64,000 bases of DNA from Sphyrna mokarran (taxonomy: Eukaryota). Made by a program: the position numbers and the translations under genes. Of the stretch, positions 11,697 through 23,664 are shown one piece after another. Below the pieces are notes generated by a model that was given only the letters and a program-made list of their open reading frames with translations, was not told the origin of the DNA and did no database searches. Within the stretch, counting starts at the first letter, position 1. Every line of letters begins with the position of its first letter. The stretch is from positions 45,012,001-45,076,000 of the forward strand of contig JAGIQG010000019.1 in assembly GCA_024679065.1 (NCBI GenBank), in the 5' to 3' direction.

Positions 11697-12012
11697 CTCT
11701 TTCATCAGTGCATTCATTGATGACTATTTCAATGCTGCTACATGCTCTCATCTGGACTTGGAAATATTTATCAATTTTGCTTCCAATTTCCGTCCTTCTA
11801 TCACCTTCACATGATCCATCTCTGACACTTCTATTCCCTTCTCTGATCTCTCTGTCTGCATTTTTGAAGTTAGACTGTCCACCGATTCCCACAGCTACCT
11901 TAATGATAGCTTTTCACGGCCCATGTCCTGTAAGGACTCCACCCTATTCTCTCAATTCCTCTGCAGCATCTGTTCTGATGACTGCACTTCCCAAAATGGT
12001 GCTGCTGGCATG
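11697..12012 (+). mobile_element. PLE reverse-transcriptase pseudogene fragment
   Basis: ORF 11617-11814 reads FIDDYFNAATCSHLDLEIFINFASNFRPSITFT (YIDD-like catalytic motif and following PLE RT motif), then SISDTSIPF. Confidence 0.75.
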
Positions 12013-12129
12013 TCAAGACATGTTAATGTTGGTTAAAATGATATACACAAGTCCTCAAGTAGGGCGTGAACTCCGAATCTAACTGAGAAATTGAGAGCAT
12101 TTTCAGTTGGCAGAATTAGGCTTGAATTA

Positions 12130-12440
12130 AGGGGAAATCATGTGGTGCAGTGGGTAGTATCCCACTCTCTGAGCCAGGAGTATTGGTTTGAGTCCCACTC
12201 CAAGACTTGAAGGCCAAGGAAGGTGCATTCATAACATGGATCAACAGACTGAGTATTGATCTGAAATTCCTTCCAACGCATCTGTGACAAGTTAGTAAGA
12301 ATAGGAGAGTTGCCTGGTCAGTCCAGAATCAGCCAAAGACAACAGCAAACCACCGCAGTACTTTATCATAACAATGCAAGTCCATGATTACCAATGTCTG
12401 CTTAAACCAAGGTACCAAAGAATTAGAGAGAGAGAGATAA
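12130..12440 (+). mobile_element. tRNA-derived SINE family C (possibly RTE-type tail)
   Basis: A/B-box head GTGGTGCAGTGGGTAG..GGTTTGAGTCCCACTCC; CAGCAAACCACCGCAGTAC near the 3' end; (GA)n end. Confidence 0.5.
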
Positions 12441-13394
12441 ATTAAAGATGCCTTTCCCTGGAATTAATCTTTGCTACACTAAAAAGGATGAATTCACTGG
12501 TTGCATTCCCCCAGCTAGGAATTATATTTGATAAGAGTCTAAATTGCATTGCAGGTTATGGATGGGAGAAGATGTAGGAAAGCATTGGAGTAGTCAAATC
12601 TAACGATGACACCCATAATGTAGAACACAGCAAGATGCATAGTCAGTCACAGTAAATATCCTACTTTTACAGGTTCCTAATAATAACTGACTCTATGAAG
12701 AAGATTTGGTCTTCTTTACCATGATCATGAGATAGAACACGGGTACAGCATTGAGGACTAGGAGTCTACAAAACAAACAAACCCCATCCCTGTCTTTAGA
12801 CAGGTTGATTTTATCTTGTGTAAAACTGAATAGAGGAATGGGATGGGAGTTGGTTAATGGACCAGGTTCTGAAATCTTCTGGCTGCTGCAAAACTTACTG
12901 AAACGTTGTTGACGAATGGCTGCAAGACACAAAATGCAAGAGTAAACAATGGGTTTATTTATTTGCATTTTAGAAACTTGCAGTCGGTTTGCTCAAAATC
13001 AATGAACAAATTAACACTTGTTTATCTGGCAGAGATCATGGAACAAAGATAGGGGAAAGGAGGTTTGGGGGCTAAAGGGTAAAGCTGCATATACTTTAAA
13101 AACAATTGCTTGACGATAAACTAAAAAGTACATTTTTGTCTTGCTCATATGGCCTAAAAAGCAACGAATCCCTGTCTGCAGTGTCTCTTTCTGCCATATT
13201 TTGCTTCTGACTCTTAGAAATCTTGTACCATTCCTGTAATGTCAAGCATTTCACACCATTGTTGAGAAAGGTGGAGTGATTTGCCAAATTGAATATCAGC
13301 TTTTATCTGTTGCTTTCCTCTTCTTCTGAAAGCAAATATTGGAAGAGAGAATAAATGGGCAGAATATGTTTCAAAAAACTTTATTCCATTGGTT

Positions 13395-13995
13395 TTCTCT
13401 CTTGGGATGTGGGCATTGCTGGCGAGGCCAGTGTTTGTTGCCAATCTCTAACAGCACTCTAGCTGAGTGGCTTGCTCACCATTTCAGACAGTAATCCAGC
13501 ATCAACCACACTACTGTGAGTCTGGAGCCGCATATAGGCCAGACTGAGTGAGGACTGCAGATTTCCTCCCTTAAAAGACATTGGTGAACCAAGTAGGTTT
13601 TTCGGACGATCAGTTTCTGATCAATATTACTAAGGACAGTTTTCAGTAAGAAGTCTCACAACATCCAGTTAAAGTCTAACAGGTCTATTTGGTAGCACAA
13701 ACCACAAGCCTTCGAAATGCTGCTCTTTCATCAGGTGAGTTGGGGTCTGTTCACAAACAGAGCATACAAAGACACAAACTCAATTTACAAATTTTTATTG
13801 CGAGACTTCTTACTGTTCCCACCCCAGTCCAATGACAGCATCTCGACATGACAGCTTTCAATGCCAGATTGTTTTAATAATTGAAATCAAATTCCACCAT
13901 CTGCCGTGGTGGGATTTGAACCTGGGGCCGCAGAACATTAGCTGAGTTTCTGTATTAATGGTCTAGCAATAAAACCACCAGGCCATCACCTTCCC
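13395..13995 (-). mobile_element. SINE family B, interrupted by a PLE insertion
   Basis: Matches 832-1180 on both sides of 13646-13849. Confidence 0.75.
13646..13849 (+). mobile_element. Short PLE family-1 insertion (inverted terminal repeat plus tail), 11-bp TSD
   Basis: Starts GTAAGAAGTCTCACAAC; ends GAGACTTCTTACTGTTCCCACCCCAGTCCAATGACAGCATCTCGACAT; TSD GACAGTTTTCA 13635-13645 / GACAGCTTTCA 13850-13860; hammerhead-like CTGATGA..CGAAG on minus at 13709-13734. Confidence 0.75.
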
Positions 13996-14124
13996 CTTGT
14001 TGTTGTTAAACACTTAGTTGCTCAAAGGCAATTCCATTTACGAATAACTATACATGGGCCAGAATTTTATTCATCTGAGCGTGCGTGTGTCTGACCCAAC
14101 AACACGTGAAGTCATACAAGATAT

Positions 14125-14720
14125 TAACATAGATAAAGAACAATACAGCACTGGAATAGGCCCTTAGTCCCTCCAAGCCTGTGCCAATCATGTTTATCTA
14201 CCGAACCAACCAATTATATCCCTCTATTCCCCGCCTTGTTTATGTGCCTATCAAGATAAGTCTTAAATGTGATTAATGCAACTCCTCAACCACTTCACTC
14301 GGCAATGCATTCCAAGCTCCCAATATCCTCTGTGTAAAAAATCTCCCCCACACATCTCCACTGAGCATTTCCCCCCTTATTCTGAACTTGTACCCCCTTG
14401 TAATTATCATTTCTGCCCTGGGAAGAAGCTTCCAACTTTTCACCCTATCCATAATTCTCATAATTTTATAAACTTCTATCTGTTCACCCTTCAGCCTTCC
14501 AGGGAGAATAATCCCGGTTTATTCAATCCTTCCTCATAGCTAATAACCTCCATACCAGGCGACATCTTGGTAAACCTTTTCTGTACTCTCTCTAAAACCT
14601 CTATGTCCTTCTAGTAGCGTAGTTACCAGAATTGGACACAGTATTCCAAATATGGCTTAACCAACATTTTGCACAATTGTAGCATAATTTGCCAATCTTT
14701 ATACTCAAGTATCTGGCACG
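14125..14720 (-). mobile_element. CR1/HER1-like LINE 3' fragment
   Basis: ORF 14273-14461 reads LLPRAEMIITRGYKFRIRG..FFTQRILGAWNALPSEVVE. Confidence 0.85.
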
Positions 14721-14987
14721 TGTTTCGCTGTCATTGATCAATCATGAGGTATTTTGTTCAGTGGGGGCTCCTGCCAATAATTAAGCCCATTAAGGAATGA
14801 ATTGAAAATGATTTTTACGTGGCCCCTCCACTTTTATGCTTAATTGGCCGGGCAGGCTTGGCAATTCCATTACAACTTTTGTCCAGGGTGGGATGAAATT
14901 TCTGGGGTGAAATATAATTAAAAAGATGTCTAGGTACTGATGTTTAGAGGTCTGTTGTCAGATTCATGAATGCACTGCTTAGACATA

Positions 14988-15123
14988 GGCCAAGATCCCT
15001 CAGTCTCGTTCACCCCACCACAGCTGCCAGTGAGAACGGAGAATTTGGCATGTAGTCAAAACTCCATTCATTGCAGCAGGACCGGAAAATCCTAATCATG
15101 GGCGAGGATGGAGATTTCCAGGC
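14988..15123. mobile_element. MITE (Harbinger-like)
   Basis: Similar to 24949-25077 (GGAGAATTTGGC..TGCAGCAGGACCGGAAAATCC..GGGCGAGG). Confidence 0.45.
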
Positions 15124-15214
15124 ACAATTTGTTGCATTTAATTTGTGCAGGCCTGGAACTCCCCAAGGCTACTCCACAGCAACTGTCCATCTTCAAGAGA
15201 GCTCAGTAGAAAAG

Positions 15215-15503
15215 TTTAAAATTTATTTATCATCGTCAATTGGTTTATCTGAACACTGTGAAAATCCCCTAGTCGCCACACTCGGGTGCCTGTTCGGGTA
15301 CACAGGAGAATTTAGCATGGACAATGCAGCTAATCAGCAGGTTTTTCAGACTGTGGGAAGAAACTGGAGCATTCAAAGGTAACTCACGCAGGCATGGAAA
15401 GAATGTTCAGGCTCTGCACAGACAGTAATCTAAGTTGGGAATTGAACCCAGGTCCCTGGTGCTGTAAGGCAGCAGTGCTGACCATTGTGCCACTATGCCG
15501 CAT
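15215..15503 (-). mobile_element. HE1/V-SINE with alternative tail
   Basis: CTGTGAAAATCCCCTAGTCGCCACACTC..GCCTGTTCGGGTACAC tail plus HE1 head on minus. Confidence 0.8.
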
Positions 15504-15599
15504 CCTTATTTTTCTTGCCCCCCAGCTACCACCACCCCTTGCCTTTCACATCTGCTTTCAGACCTTCTGATTATGTGCACCCAAGGAGCATCAGAGCCA

Positions 15600-16440
15600 G
15601 CCTGAGATTGTAATGAAATTGTTCCATTTTAAATGTAGTTTCATTGCCTGAAAACCATCCAATTTATAGAAACTGTAAAATTAAATGAACAGAGGCGTGG
15701 GAATTTACCCTGGAATATTTTCTCAATGACTATGAATTAGGAAGGCAATTTTCAATCTTCAAATTTTGTTTTGGAATAATCCCTTGAGGATCATGTTGGT
15801 AACTTTTGATTTGATTGAGGTGATTCGAAATATATTAGGAAGTGAGATTAATGTTCCATGGACTTCCGCTGTTGCAGAAACTAAAAATAACGTTGTATTA
15901 TATGTACTCCAGCATAATCAAATTATAATTTTCCTCTAAATTACTAAGTAATTTCCTTGTTATTCATACCAACAAATCACATGGTAGTATTATTTACCAC
16001 AAAGCCTCCATTATAGCCTTTCAATCTTCAATCGCTGTAACTGTCCTCCTGCTCTTGAGTATAATTTTATTCTTATATTAGAGGCCAGAGGAAACAGGGC
16101 AGAAATTGCTTTAGATAATATAAAATGTCAATATAACATTTGTCTGTTTGTTTCTATAAATGGAATAAACTATTAGCTCATTTACAAAAGATAAAATAAA
16201 TATGCAGACAGACAATTGAGTGCACTGCGCGTTCGTCCGCTAATAACGACAATAGTTTTGCAAGCATTAAAAATGTTAATAGCGAAGAGTAAGAAAATAG
16301 CAACAAAAAACTTGCATTCCTTCAGGGCAGATTTCCTTCTAATACGTGGATGTAAAGGATATTCCGAATAAGGAAATTTGTCTGTCCAATTTTCCATCCA
16401 CTAATTTAATTCTTTGGAAAACCTTAATGTGAAAGTAATC
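15600..16440. promoter_or_regulatory. Candidate conserved non-coding element
   Basis: Unique AT-rich block with many TAAT/ATTA cores and a CpG cluster (GCACTGCGCGTTCGTCCGCTAATAACG). Not verified. Confidence 0.3.
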
Positions 16441-16456
16441 CTCCTTTCTGGATTTT

Positions 16457-16758
16457 CATAGAATCTCTACAGTGCAGAAAGAGGCCATTTGGCCCATCGA
16501 GCCTGCGCCAACAAGAATCTCAACCAGACCATGTATATAGCCTGCTAATCCCCCTGACACTCAGAGACAATTTAGCCTAGCCAATCCATCTAACCTATAC
16601 ATTTTTGGACTGTGGAAGGAAACCAGAGCACCCGGAGGATACCCACACAGACATGGGGAAAGAACCGTGCAAACTCCGCATAGACAGTAGCCCAAATCCG
16701 GAATTGAACCCGGGTCCCTGGTGCTGTGCGGCAGCAGTGCTAACCACTGTGTCACCCG
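16457..16758 (-). mobile_element. HE1/V-SINE, CR1-type tail
   Basis: CATAGAATCTCTACAGTGCAGAAAGAGGCCATT..GCAGCAGTGCTAACCACTGTG. Confidence 0.85.
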
Positions 16759-17049
16759 AGAATGGCTTATTTCCCTCTTGCCCTGTCGAAGCTATTGTAT
16801 CCTTGTTGGGGTAAAGTATTCGTGACACAAATTATCCTTTTCATTCGTTCGTGGGACATGGGTGATTATGGTTGGCCAACATTTATTGGCCATCGCTAAC
16901 AGTGATAGAACAAAACAGAAACAAATCTAGGTCATTCGGCCTCTTGCTCCCTGAGATCCCATTATGCCGAATACATAAAGAGGAAGGAACTGCATTTATA
17001 ATTGCAGATATGCTTGAAAATGTTCATAAACTGCTGAAGCTTCACTTGA

Positions 17050-17995
17050 TAGCTTAGATTTATTGATTGGCATTCACTTAATGTCAGTGTTAACCCATGA
17101 AACATAAATGGGTTAACATGAGTATTAGGATAATAGTAATCAGTAAACCGAGCTTCCATCTTATCTGAATCCCTTGATTTAATTAGAAATGTATTAAGTC
17201 ACTCTAAGTCATTCTGAATTCTGCTTCTTGGTATATATTAATCATAACAGACAGTGGAAACAAAATAACTGCAAGGATTTTCACTCTTCCATCCATTGTG
17301 CCCTTTATACAGTCAAAAACTATCTTTTTTTTTCTGAACTCAGAGTTTTTTTTTTCTGAACTAACTATTCAATCTGCATTCTTGTGTTCACCATTCTGGT
17401 GAATGGAGGGGACGCGAGGCATAAAGTGGTGTTCCCTGCTTTATGCCAAAGTCTACTTTCCTTTTCTAAAAATAGCAAAGGAAGGAAAATACAAGCCTTT
17501 CGAGGGCTGATAACCTTTTGTCGGTTGTATGAATGCAAACGGAACCAGTTTTCAGAAAATCGATAACAATGTCATCCCTGCACGTATTCCATACTTCCTC
17601 AGCAGCTCAATATATGTATATACTTTTAATACAAATTGCAAAATCTACTGGATATGAAACTGTTTAACTCACTTTGAAATTGAGCTCTTATCTCTTATTT
17701 GCCACAGCCTGCATCCACCGCCGACGCATGTAAAGTGAATGGGTTGATCTCGCTTCTAATAAATCATACTGTCTGCTTCACCTCCCAACCAAAGCAAGAG
17801 ACACTTGTTTTAATAGAGCCCGATCACAATTGCAATCCTGAAAGATTCGCAAAGCTCTATTTTCAAAGTAGAATCCACGCTGTTGCGAAATGCACCGTTT
17901 TATACTGGCACAAATGTGCTATTTTGTATTATCTTACAGTACAGTAAACAGTGAGCAGTGTCATTCACGCTGTTTCTCAATGTGCACAGAAACAT
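17050..17995. promoter_or_regulatory. Candidate conserved non-coding element(s)
   Basis: Unique sequence, CpG-retaining at 17700-17990; Pbx-Hox-type TAATAAATCA at 17757-17766; Fox-type GTAAACA near 17944. Confidence 0.35.
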
Positions 17996-17999
17996 TGGT

Positions 18000-18033
<34 letters not shown>
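18000..18033. repeat. Poly(G) tract, 34 nt
   Basis: Direct observation. Confidence 0.9.
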
Positions 18034-18034
<1 letters not shown>

Positions 18035-18219
18035 GCGGTGGTGGTAGTATAATGATATTCCACAAAATGAGTAAATCTTTGCAAGCATTTGCTCTGCCCC
18101 AGTCTTTCAAAAGGTCTGATTACTTCTCACATTCCACTTCACAGGAGAGTTGGGATTTTCGTTTCAAATGCTTAACTTTCTTAAAAATAAAGCCTTATTT
18201 AGATCGATTTATATCAAGT

Positions 18220-18870
18220 CTTGATTTTGATTTGATTTGATTTATTATCATCACATGTATTAACATACCGTGCAAAATATTGTTTTGTGCACGGTACACA
18301 GACAAAACATACCATTCATAGAAAAGGGAAAGAGAGAGTACAGAATGTAGTGTTACAGTCATAGCTAGGGTGTAGAGAAAGATCAACTTAATACAAGCTA
18401 GGTCCATTCAAAACTCTGATGGCAGTAGGGAAGAAGCTATTCTTGCATCAATTGGTACGTGACCTCAGGCTTTTGTATCTTTTTCCTGAAGGAAGAAGAA
18501 AGCATGTCCAGGGTACACAAGATCCTTAATTATGCTGGTTGCTTTTCCGAGACAGCAGTAAGTGTAGACAGAATCAATGGATGGAAGGCTGCTTTGTGTG
18601 ATGGATTGTCTACGTTCATGACCTTTTGCAGTTTCTTGCGTTCTTGGGCACAGCAAGAGGATATCAAGCTGTGATTCCACAGAAAGAATGCTTTCTATGG
18701 TGCATCTATAAAAGTTGGTGAGATTCGTAGCTGGCATGCTAAATTTCCTTAGTCTTTTGAGAAAGTAGAGGCATTGGTTGGCTTTCATGACTATAGTGTT
18801 GCATGGGGGGAGGGGGGGTCCAAGACTGGTTGTTGGTAATCTGGACACCTAAAAACTTGCAGCCCAGAAG
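18220..18870 (-). mobile_element. Rex1/Babar LINE 3' fragment
   Basis: ORF 18465-18848 reads KANQCLYFLKRLRKFSMPATNLTNFYRCTIESILS..LPSIDSVY..KATSIIKD; (TTTGA)n tail at 18222-18242. Confidence 0.85.
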
Positions 18871-18987
18871 TGCTACGTTCAGCCTAATTAGTCTATATTG
18901 GCGTTTGTGCTCCATACCATCCTTCTCCTTCATCTCAACCTATCAGCATACCTTTCTACTGCTCTCTTCCTCATACCTGTCTCTTCC

Positions 18988-19565
18988 TTTATTCATTCTT
19001 CGGGCATGGGCATCGCTGGCTGGCCAGCATTTATTACCTATTCCTTGTTGCCCTTGGGAAGGTGCCTTCTTGAATCGTTGCTGTCCAAGTGCTGTGGGTT
19101 GATCCATGATGGCGTTAGGGAGGGAATTCCAGGATTTTGACCCAGCAAAAAGAACAGCGATATATTTCCAAGTTGAAATAGTGAGTGGCTTAGAGGGAGA
19201 ACTTGCAGGTGGTGGTGTTCCCATGAACCTGCTGCTCTTGTCCTTCTGTATGGAAGTGGTGGTGGGTTTGAAAGGTGTTGTCTAAGAATCTTTTGTGAAC
19301 TGCTGCAGTGCACCTTATAGACAGTACATACTGCTGCTATTGAGCGTTGGTGGTGGAGGGAGTGGATGTTTGCAGATGTTGCGACTAATGTGGGATGCTT
19401 TGTTCTGGATAGTGTCGAGCTTCTTGAGTGCTGTTGGAGCTGCACCCATCCTGCCAGGCGGAGAATATTCCATCACACTCCTGAGTTGTGACCTGCAGAT
19501 GGTGGATAGGCTTTGGGGAGTCAAAGGTGAGTTCTCGCTGCAGTAATCCTAGCTTCTGACCTGCT
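18988..19565 (-). mobile_element. LINE (CR1/L2 group, clade uncertain) RT C-terminus plus 3' tail; probable partner of SINE family B
   Basis: ORFs read TPQSLSTICRSQLRSVMEYSP..LKKLDTIQNKA and NIHSLHHQRSIAAVCTVYK; tail GGTAATAAATGCTGGCCAGCCAGCGATGCCCATGCCCGAAGAATGAATAAA. Confidence 0.75.
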
Positions 19566-19604
19566 TTAGCTTCCCATTAAAGAAATCTACACAGTTCCCT
19601 TCCA

Positions 19605-19953
19605 TGGACGACAGTGACACAGTGGTATTGACACTGGTCTAGCAATTGAGAAATCTAGTTAAATCTCCGGGGACCAGTGTGCGAGTCCCACCATGGCAGA
19701 TGTAAAATTTGAATTCAATAAAAAAAATCTGAAATCAAAACCATTGTCATTCTAAAAGAAAAACATCTGTTTCACTGATGTCCTATAAGGAAAGAAATCA
19801 GCTGTTCTTACCCAGTCTGGCCTACATTTGACTCCAAATCTTCAGCAATGTGGTTGACTCTCAAACACCCTTTTAAATGGGAGTGGTTAAGGATGGCAAT
19901 AAATGCTGACTCCACCAGCGAAACTCACATCTTATGAATAAATATTAAAAAAA
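19605..19953 (+). mobile_element. SINE family B
   Basis: CAGTGGTATTGACACTGG..CCCACCATGGCAGATG..GGCAATAAATGCTGAC..TGAATAAAT. Confidence 0.75.
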
Positions 19954-20139
19954 CGCCATAGAGTATCAATTCCCATGTAGTAACAATATTAGGTTAAATA
20001 TGGGCCATGAAAATAAATGCCTGTACAAGTAACAGTCAGAGGAATTCCACTCCAAAGATAAACTCATCTGCAATCAGCATAAAGAAGGCAAAAGTGGAAT
20101 AAAATCCCAGTTATTATCTTGTGTCGGCACATGTCAAAT

Positions 20140-20620
20140 TAATAACACATCCATGGGTTTGAAAATACTCTGGTGAGACAGAGCAAGAGCAAAGACCTTG
20201 ATCATGGAGATGATGGCATGCTTGAGGTGCAGAAATAACTTGACAAATGGATGGCAGATGCTGGGCAACTGGGATTGGAAAGTGCAATTGTAAATAAACT
20301 TTGGAGAAGCTGTTTTTAGGTGGGAAATCACAGCGAGAAGTGGGTTTCAAGAGATTCAGGAGATGGAGGAGGTGAATTGACGCAAGAAAGTGGCTTTATC
20401 TGTGGCGCTGACCATGTGCGTCAAGGCAAGAAATAGCAAGGTTGAGGAAATGGCCATGAATGTGGGGAAGAGAGTTTGTTTTTGATGGAGAACAAGATTT
20501 CATTAAGGCAAGAATACGGGAAATTCAGGAAAGAGGGCAAGACAGGCAGAGCTGAGGGTTAAAATTACTGACAATGAGGATTACCCAAAGGTTGAGGGAG
20601 GAAAGGAGGGCAAAAAACCC
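20140..20620 (-). mobile_element. Possible very old L2 RT fragment
   Basis: Minus strand has degenerate L2-like stretches (GGCCATTTCCTCAACCTTGC; CCAGTTGCCCAGC). Weak. Confidence 0.3.
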
Positions 20621-20669
20621 AGTAAAAAAAACTAAAGTACTTCTGAGTAGGGGAGTAGTAAGTAAAAAG

Positions 20670-21420
20670 GCGAAAAGATGCAGCATGCTACGGTGCAGAG
20701 GGACCTGGGGGTCCTTGTGCACGAATCTCAAAAACCCAGTCTGCAGGTGATCAAGAAGGCAAATGGATTGTTGGCCTTTATAGTGAGGGGGACAGAATAT
20801 AAAAGCAGGGAGATCTTGCTGCAACTGTACAGGGCATTGGTGAGGCAGCAACTCGAGTACAGTGTGTAGTTTTGGTCCCTTCATTTGCAAAAGGATATAA
20901 TGGCTTTGGAGGGAATACAGAGAAGGTTCACCAGGCTGATATCGGAGATGAGGGGGTTAGCCTATGAAGAGAGATTGAATAGACTGGGTCTGTACTCAGT
21001 AGAGTTTAGAAGGCTGAGGGGGGATCTTATAGAGACTTACAAGATAATGAAGGGGCTGGATAGGGTAGAGGTAGAGAGATTCTTCCTTCTTAGAAAGGAT
21101 AGCAGAACTAGAAGGCACAGCCTCAAAATAAGGGTGGGGAGGCAGTTTAGAATGGAGTTGAGGAGGAACTTCTTCATTCACAGAGTGGTGAAGCTCTGGA
21201 ATTCACTGACCATTGAAGTGGTGGAGGCTACCTCATTGAATATATTTAAGTCACGGATAGATAGATTTCTGATACCCAAGGGAATTAAGAGTTATGGGGA
21301 GAAAATGGAAAAGTGGAACTGATCCACTTCAGATCAGACATGATCTTATTGAATGGCGGGGCAGGCTCGAAGGGCTAGATGGCCTACCCCTGCTCCTATT
21401 TCTTATGTTCCTACGTTCTA
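20670..21420 (+). mobile_element. CR1/HER1-like LINE 3' fragment
   Basis: ORFs read QRDLGVLVHES..LQLYRALVRQQLEY and ERLNRLGLYSVEFRRLRGDLIETYKIMKG..LWNSL; tail TTCTTATGTTCCTA. Confidence 0.9.
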
Positions 21421-21496
21421 AACAATGGAGCTGAGGGAAAGAACAAGGTGATCTGCTCAAAAGGAGAAGAAGGTACCAGAGTCTTAGGTAGGAAAC

Positions 21497-23380
21497 TGTT
21501 ACGATGGTCACAGGGGATCTTCGATAGACTCCCCCATAGGACTCATAGAATATGAGCTCCCCTTTTCGGCAAGTGAAGGCCAATAGAGAAGGAACAGCGG
21601 GGAACTTAAATCCAGCCAGCTCCACTGAGGTTATGATGTAGAGATGCTGGTGTTGGACTGGGGTAAACACAGTAAGAAATCTCACAACACCAGGTTAGAA
21701 TCCAACTTGACTCTAACCTGGTGTTGTGAGACTTTTTACTCCACTGAGGTCTGCAGTCAAAAGGCTTTGGGGCTGACTTGTATACTTTAGCCACTGAGGG
21801 GTATTTTGAGCACACTGTAAATAAAGAACAGAGAACGTGCCCTGGGCAAAATTATTACATTGGCAGTGAGGAGTAAAACAAGTCTTTTTCTTCCCTGCAG
21901 ACCATCTTTACTGTTGAGACAAGTAATCTTCTCATAAAAAAAAGCCTCTCTTTGATAAAACTTGAAACCTATGACGCAAGCTCAAAAGAATGTGTCCGAT
22001 ATGCAGAGCACAAGTTACCTTTTTCAAGCCAACAATATAAAGATGGATGAGAAGCAGAAAGTGGTCCTGTTGACGACATGTGGAGTTCCAACTTTCAATA
22101 TAATTAAAGTTGGATGCCCTAATTTCAAAATCTTTATGAATTGCTGAACTTTGTTGAAAGCTATGATGACCTAAAGTCCTCCATAATACTCCAGCGATAC
22201 CATTTTAACAAGACAGGGCAATCTGGGGAATTTCTGACCAGGCTGTGAAAATTGACACAGCATTGTGAATTCAGGTGACTCCTGAATGACATGTTGCGAA
22301 ATGGACTGGTCTATGAAATTAACAACATGACAGACAAAAACAACTATTGGCCATTGAGATAGTTCTGTCATTGGAGAATGCAGAGAAAAGAGCTCAGGAA
22401 CTATGGGGGCATCCAGCACAGTCACCTGATCGGGGGAAGGGGCCTCATGCAATATTCATCCCTCAACTGAGAGGGATGGCATCAATGAAATATGACAGAA
22501 TTCCTTTGTGGTGTGGAGTCCATGTCATATCACTAGGTAATCAAGGAAGAGAAGGGACAACCTTCAGACACCTAAGGACCAAATTCCAGAAGGTTGTAGG
22601 TGCGAGACGATAGACTGTTGCAAGTGCTGGAGGAGACCACAACTGAGGCAAAGGTTATAGGGACAGTCAAAATGCATGTTATTTAAAAAAAAAAGGCCAC
22701 GGACAGTAGCAAACTGTATCTTGCAGATAGGTCCACAACCAGCATCATTGACAATGCAATTACATCATATCGTCATGACAAAGGTTGCCCCAAAATGGTG
22801 GAGTGATTAGTAAATGGCTACCCTTGGACTCCGGTTTCCATTCTCAGAGAGCAGAACTCAAGGCTGTTTCTAAGTTGGCATTCAGCTCCTGAACTTAGAA
22901 ACACGAAGTTTATAGCGGTCAGAGGAACCACAGGGCATTACAGCGACCTTAATGACTTGCAGGCAGCAGGCAACTCAATGCCTGCTCACCATTATACGGG
23001 GGCAAGGATCTTGCCTGATGGGGAGAGATTGGCTTCATACATCAGACTGTGCAGTTCCCCTGTGCCCAGCCTGAAGATCTCCAGCCAGTTCAAAGTCATC
23101 AATCAGTAACCCCATGTTTTCCAAGAAGAGTTTGGAAAAATAAGGGGAGCCAAAACTAAAATCTACATTGAACCTGATGCTGTACCCAAGTATTCTAGAG
23201 CAAGGCCAGTTCCCCTATTGGAAAAAGTAAAGTCACAGCTGGAACGTCTGGAAAATCTGGGCATAATAAATCTCAATCCAGTCCAACTTTGTATAAGCTT
23301 ATGGTCAATAGGGTTTTTAAACCATGACGGATACCCTAAGCACTGCATTGAAGAGCTGTATGCCAGATAAACTTGCAATT
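21497..23380 (+). mobile_element. Decayed Ty3/Gypsy LTR retrotransposon: 5' LTR (21497-21859), PBS, gag and pol N-terminal remnants
   Basis: TG..CA LTR with AATAAA, then TGGCAGTGAGG (PBS-like); gag YLFQANNIKMDEKQKVVLLTTCG; pol FQEEFGKIRGAKTKIYIEPDAVPKYSRARPVP..LERLENLGII and DGYPKHCIEELYAR. Confidence 0.8.
21632..21739 (-). mobile_element. Short PLE family-1 fold-back insertion inside the Gypsy LTR, 11-bp TSD
   Basis: Hairpin GTAAGAAATCTCACAACACCAGGTTAGA..TCTAACCTGGTGTTGTGAGACTTTTTAC plus tail; TSD TCCACTGAGGT at 21621-21631 and 21740-21750. Confidence 0.8.
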
Positions 23381-23515
23381 GGGAACGGTCGGGGAAGAAG
23401 GAAGGGCGGGGATTCCAATCAAAAGAAACATTTTGACTTTTTCCCAATCTAACACACCCCTGCCAAAGTATTTTATCATACCATTAAAACATCTTAAAAT
23501 AGTCGAACATATTCA

Positions 23516-23664
23516 GGGAGGAATTTTCCCACCCTGCCTGCCATCGGAATCATAATGGGCAGGGAGGGGAGGGTGGTGGGGGTGAGGCACACCTTATAAA
23601 GGTCTGTTGACCTTGGTTGGATTTTCCAGTTTTGGTGCAGTCGTGTCTGGCAACATCTGTCCCC
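23516..23664. mobile_element. MITE (Harbinger-like termini)
   Basis: Starts GGGAGGAATTTTCCC; body homologous to 2830 and 25677. Confidence 0.5.

Noticed and set aside
17324-17362. Short direct repeat T-run-CTGAACT
   Set aside because: Most likely simple replication slippage.
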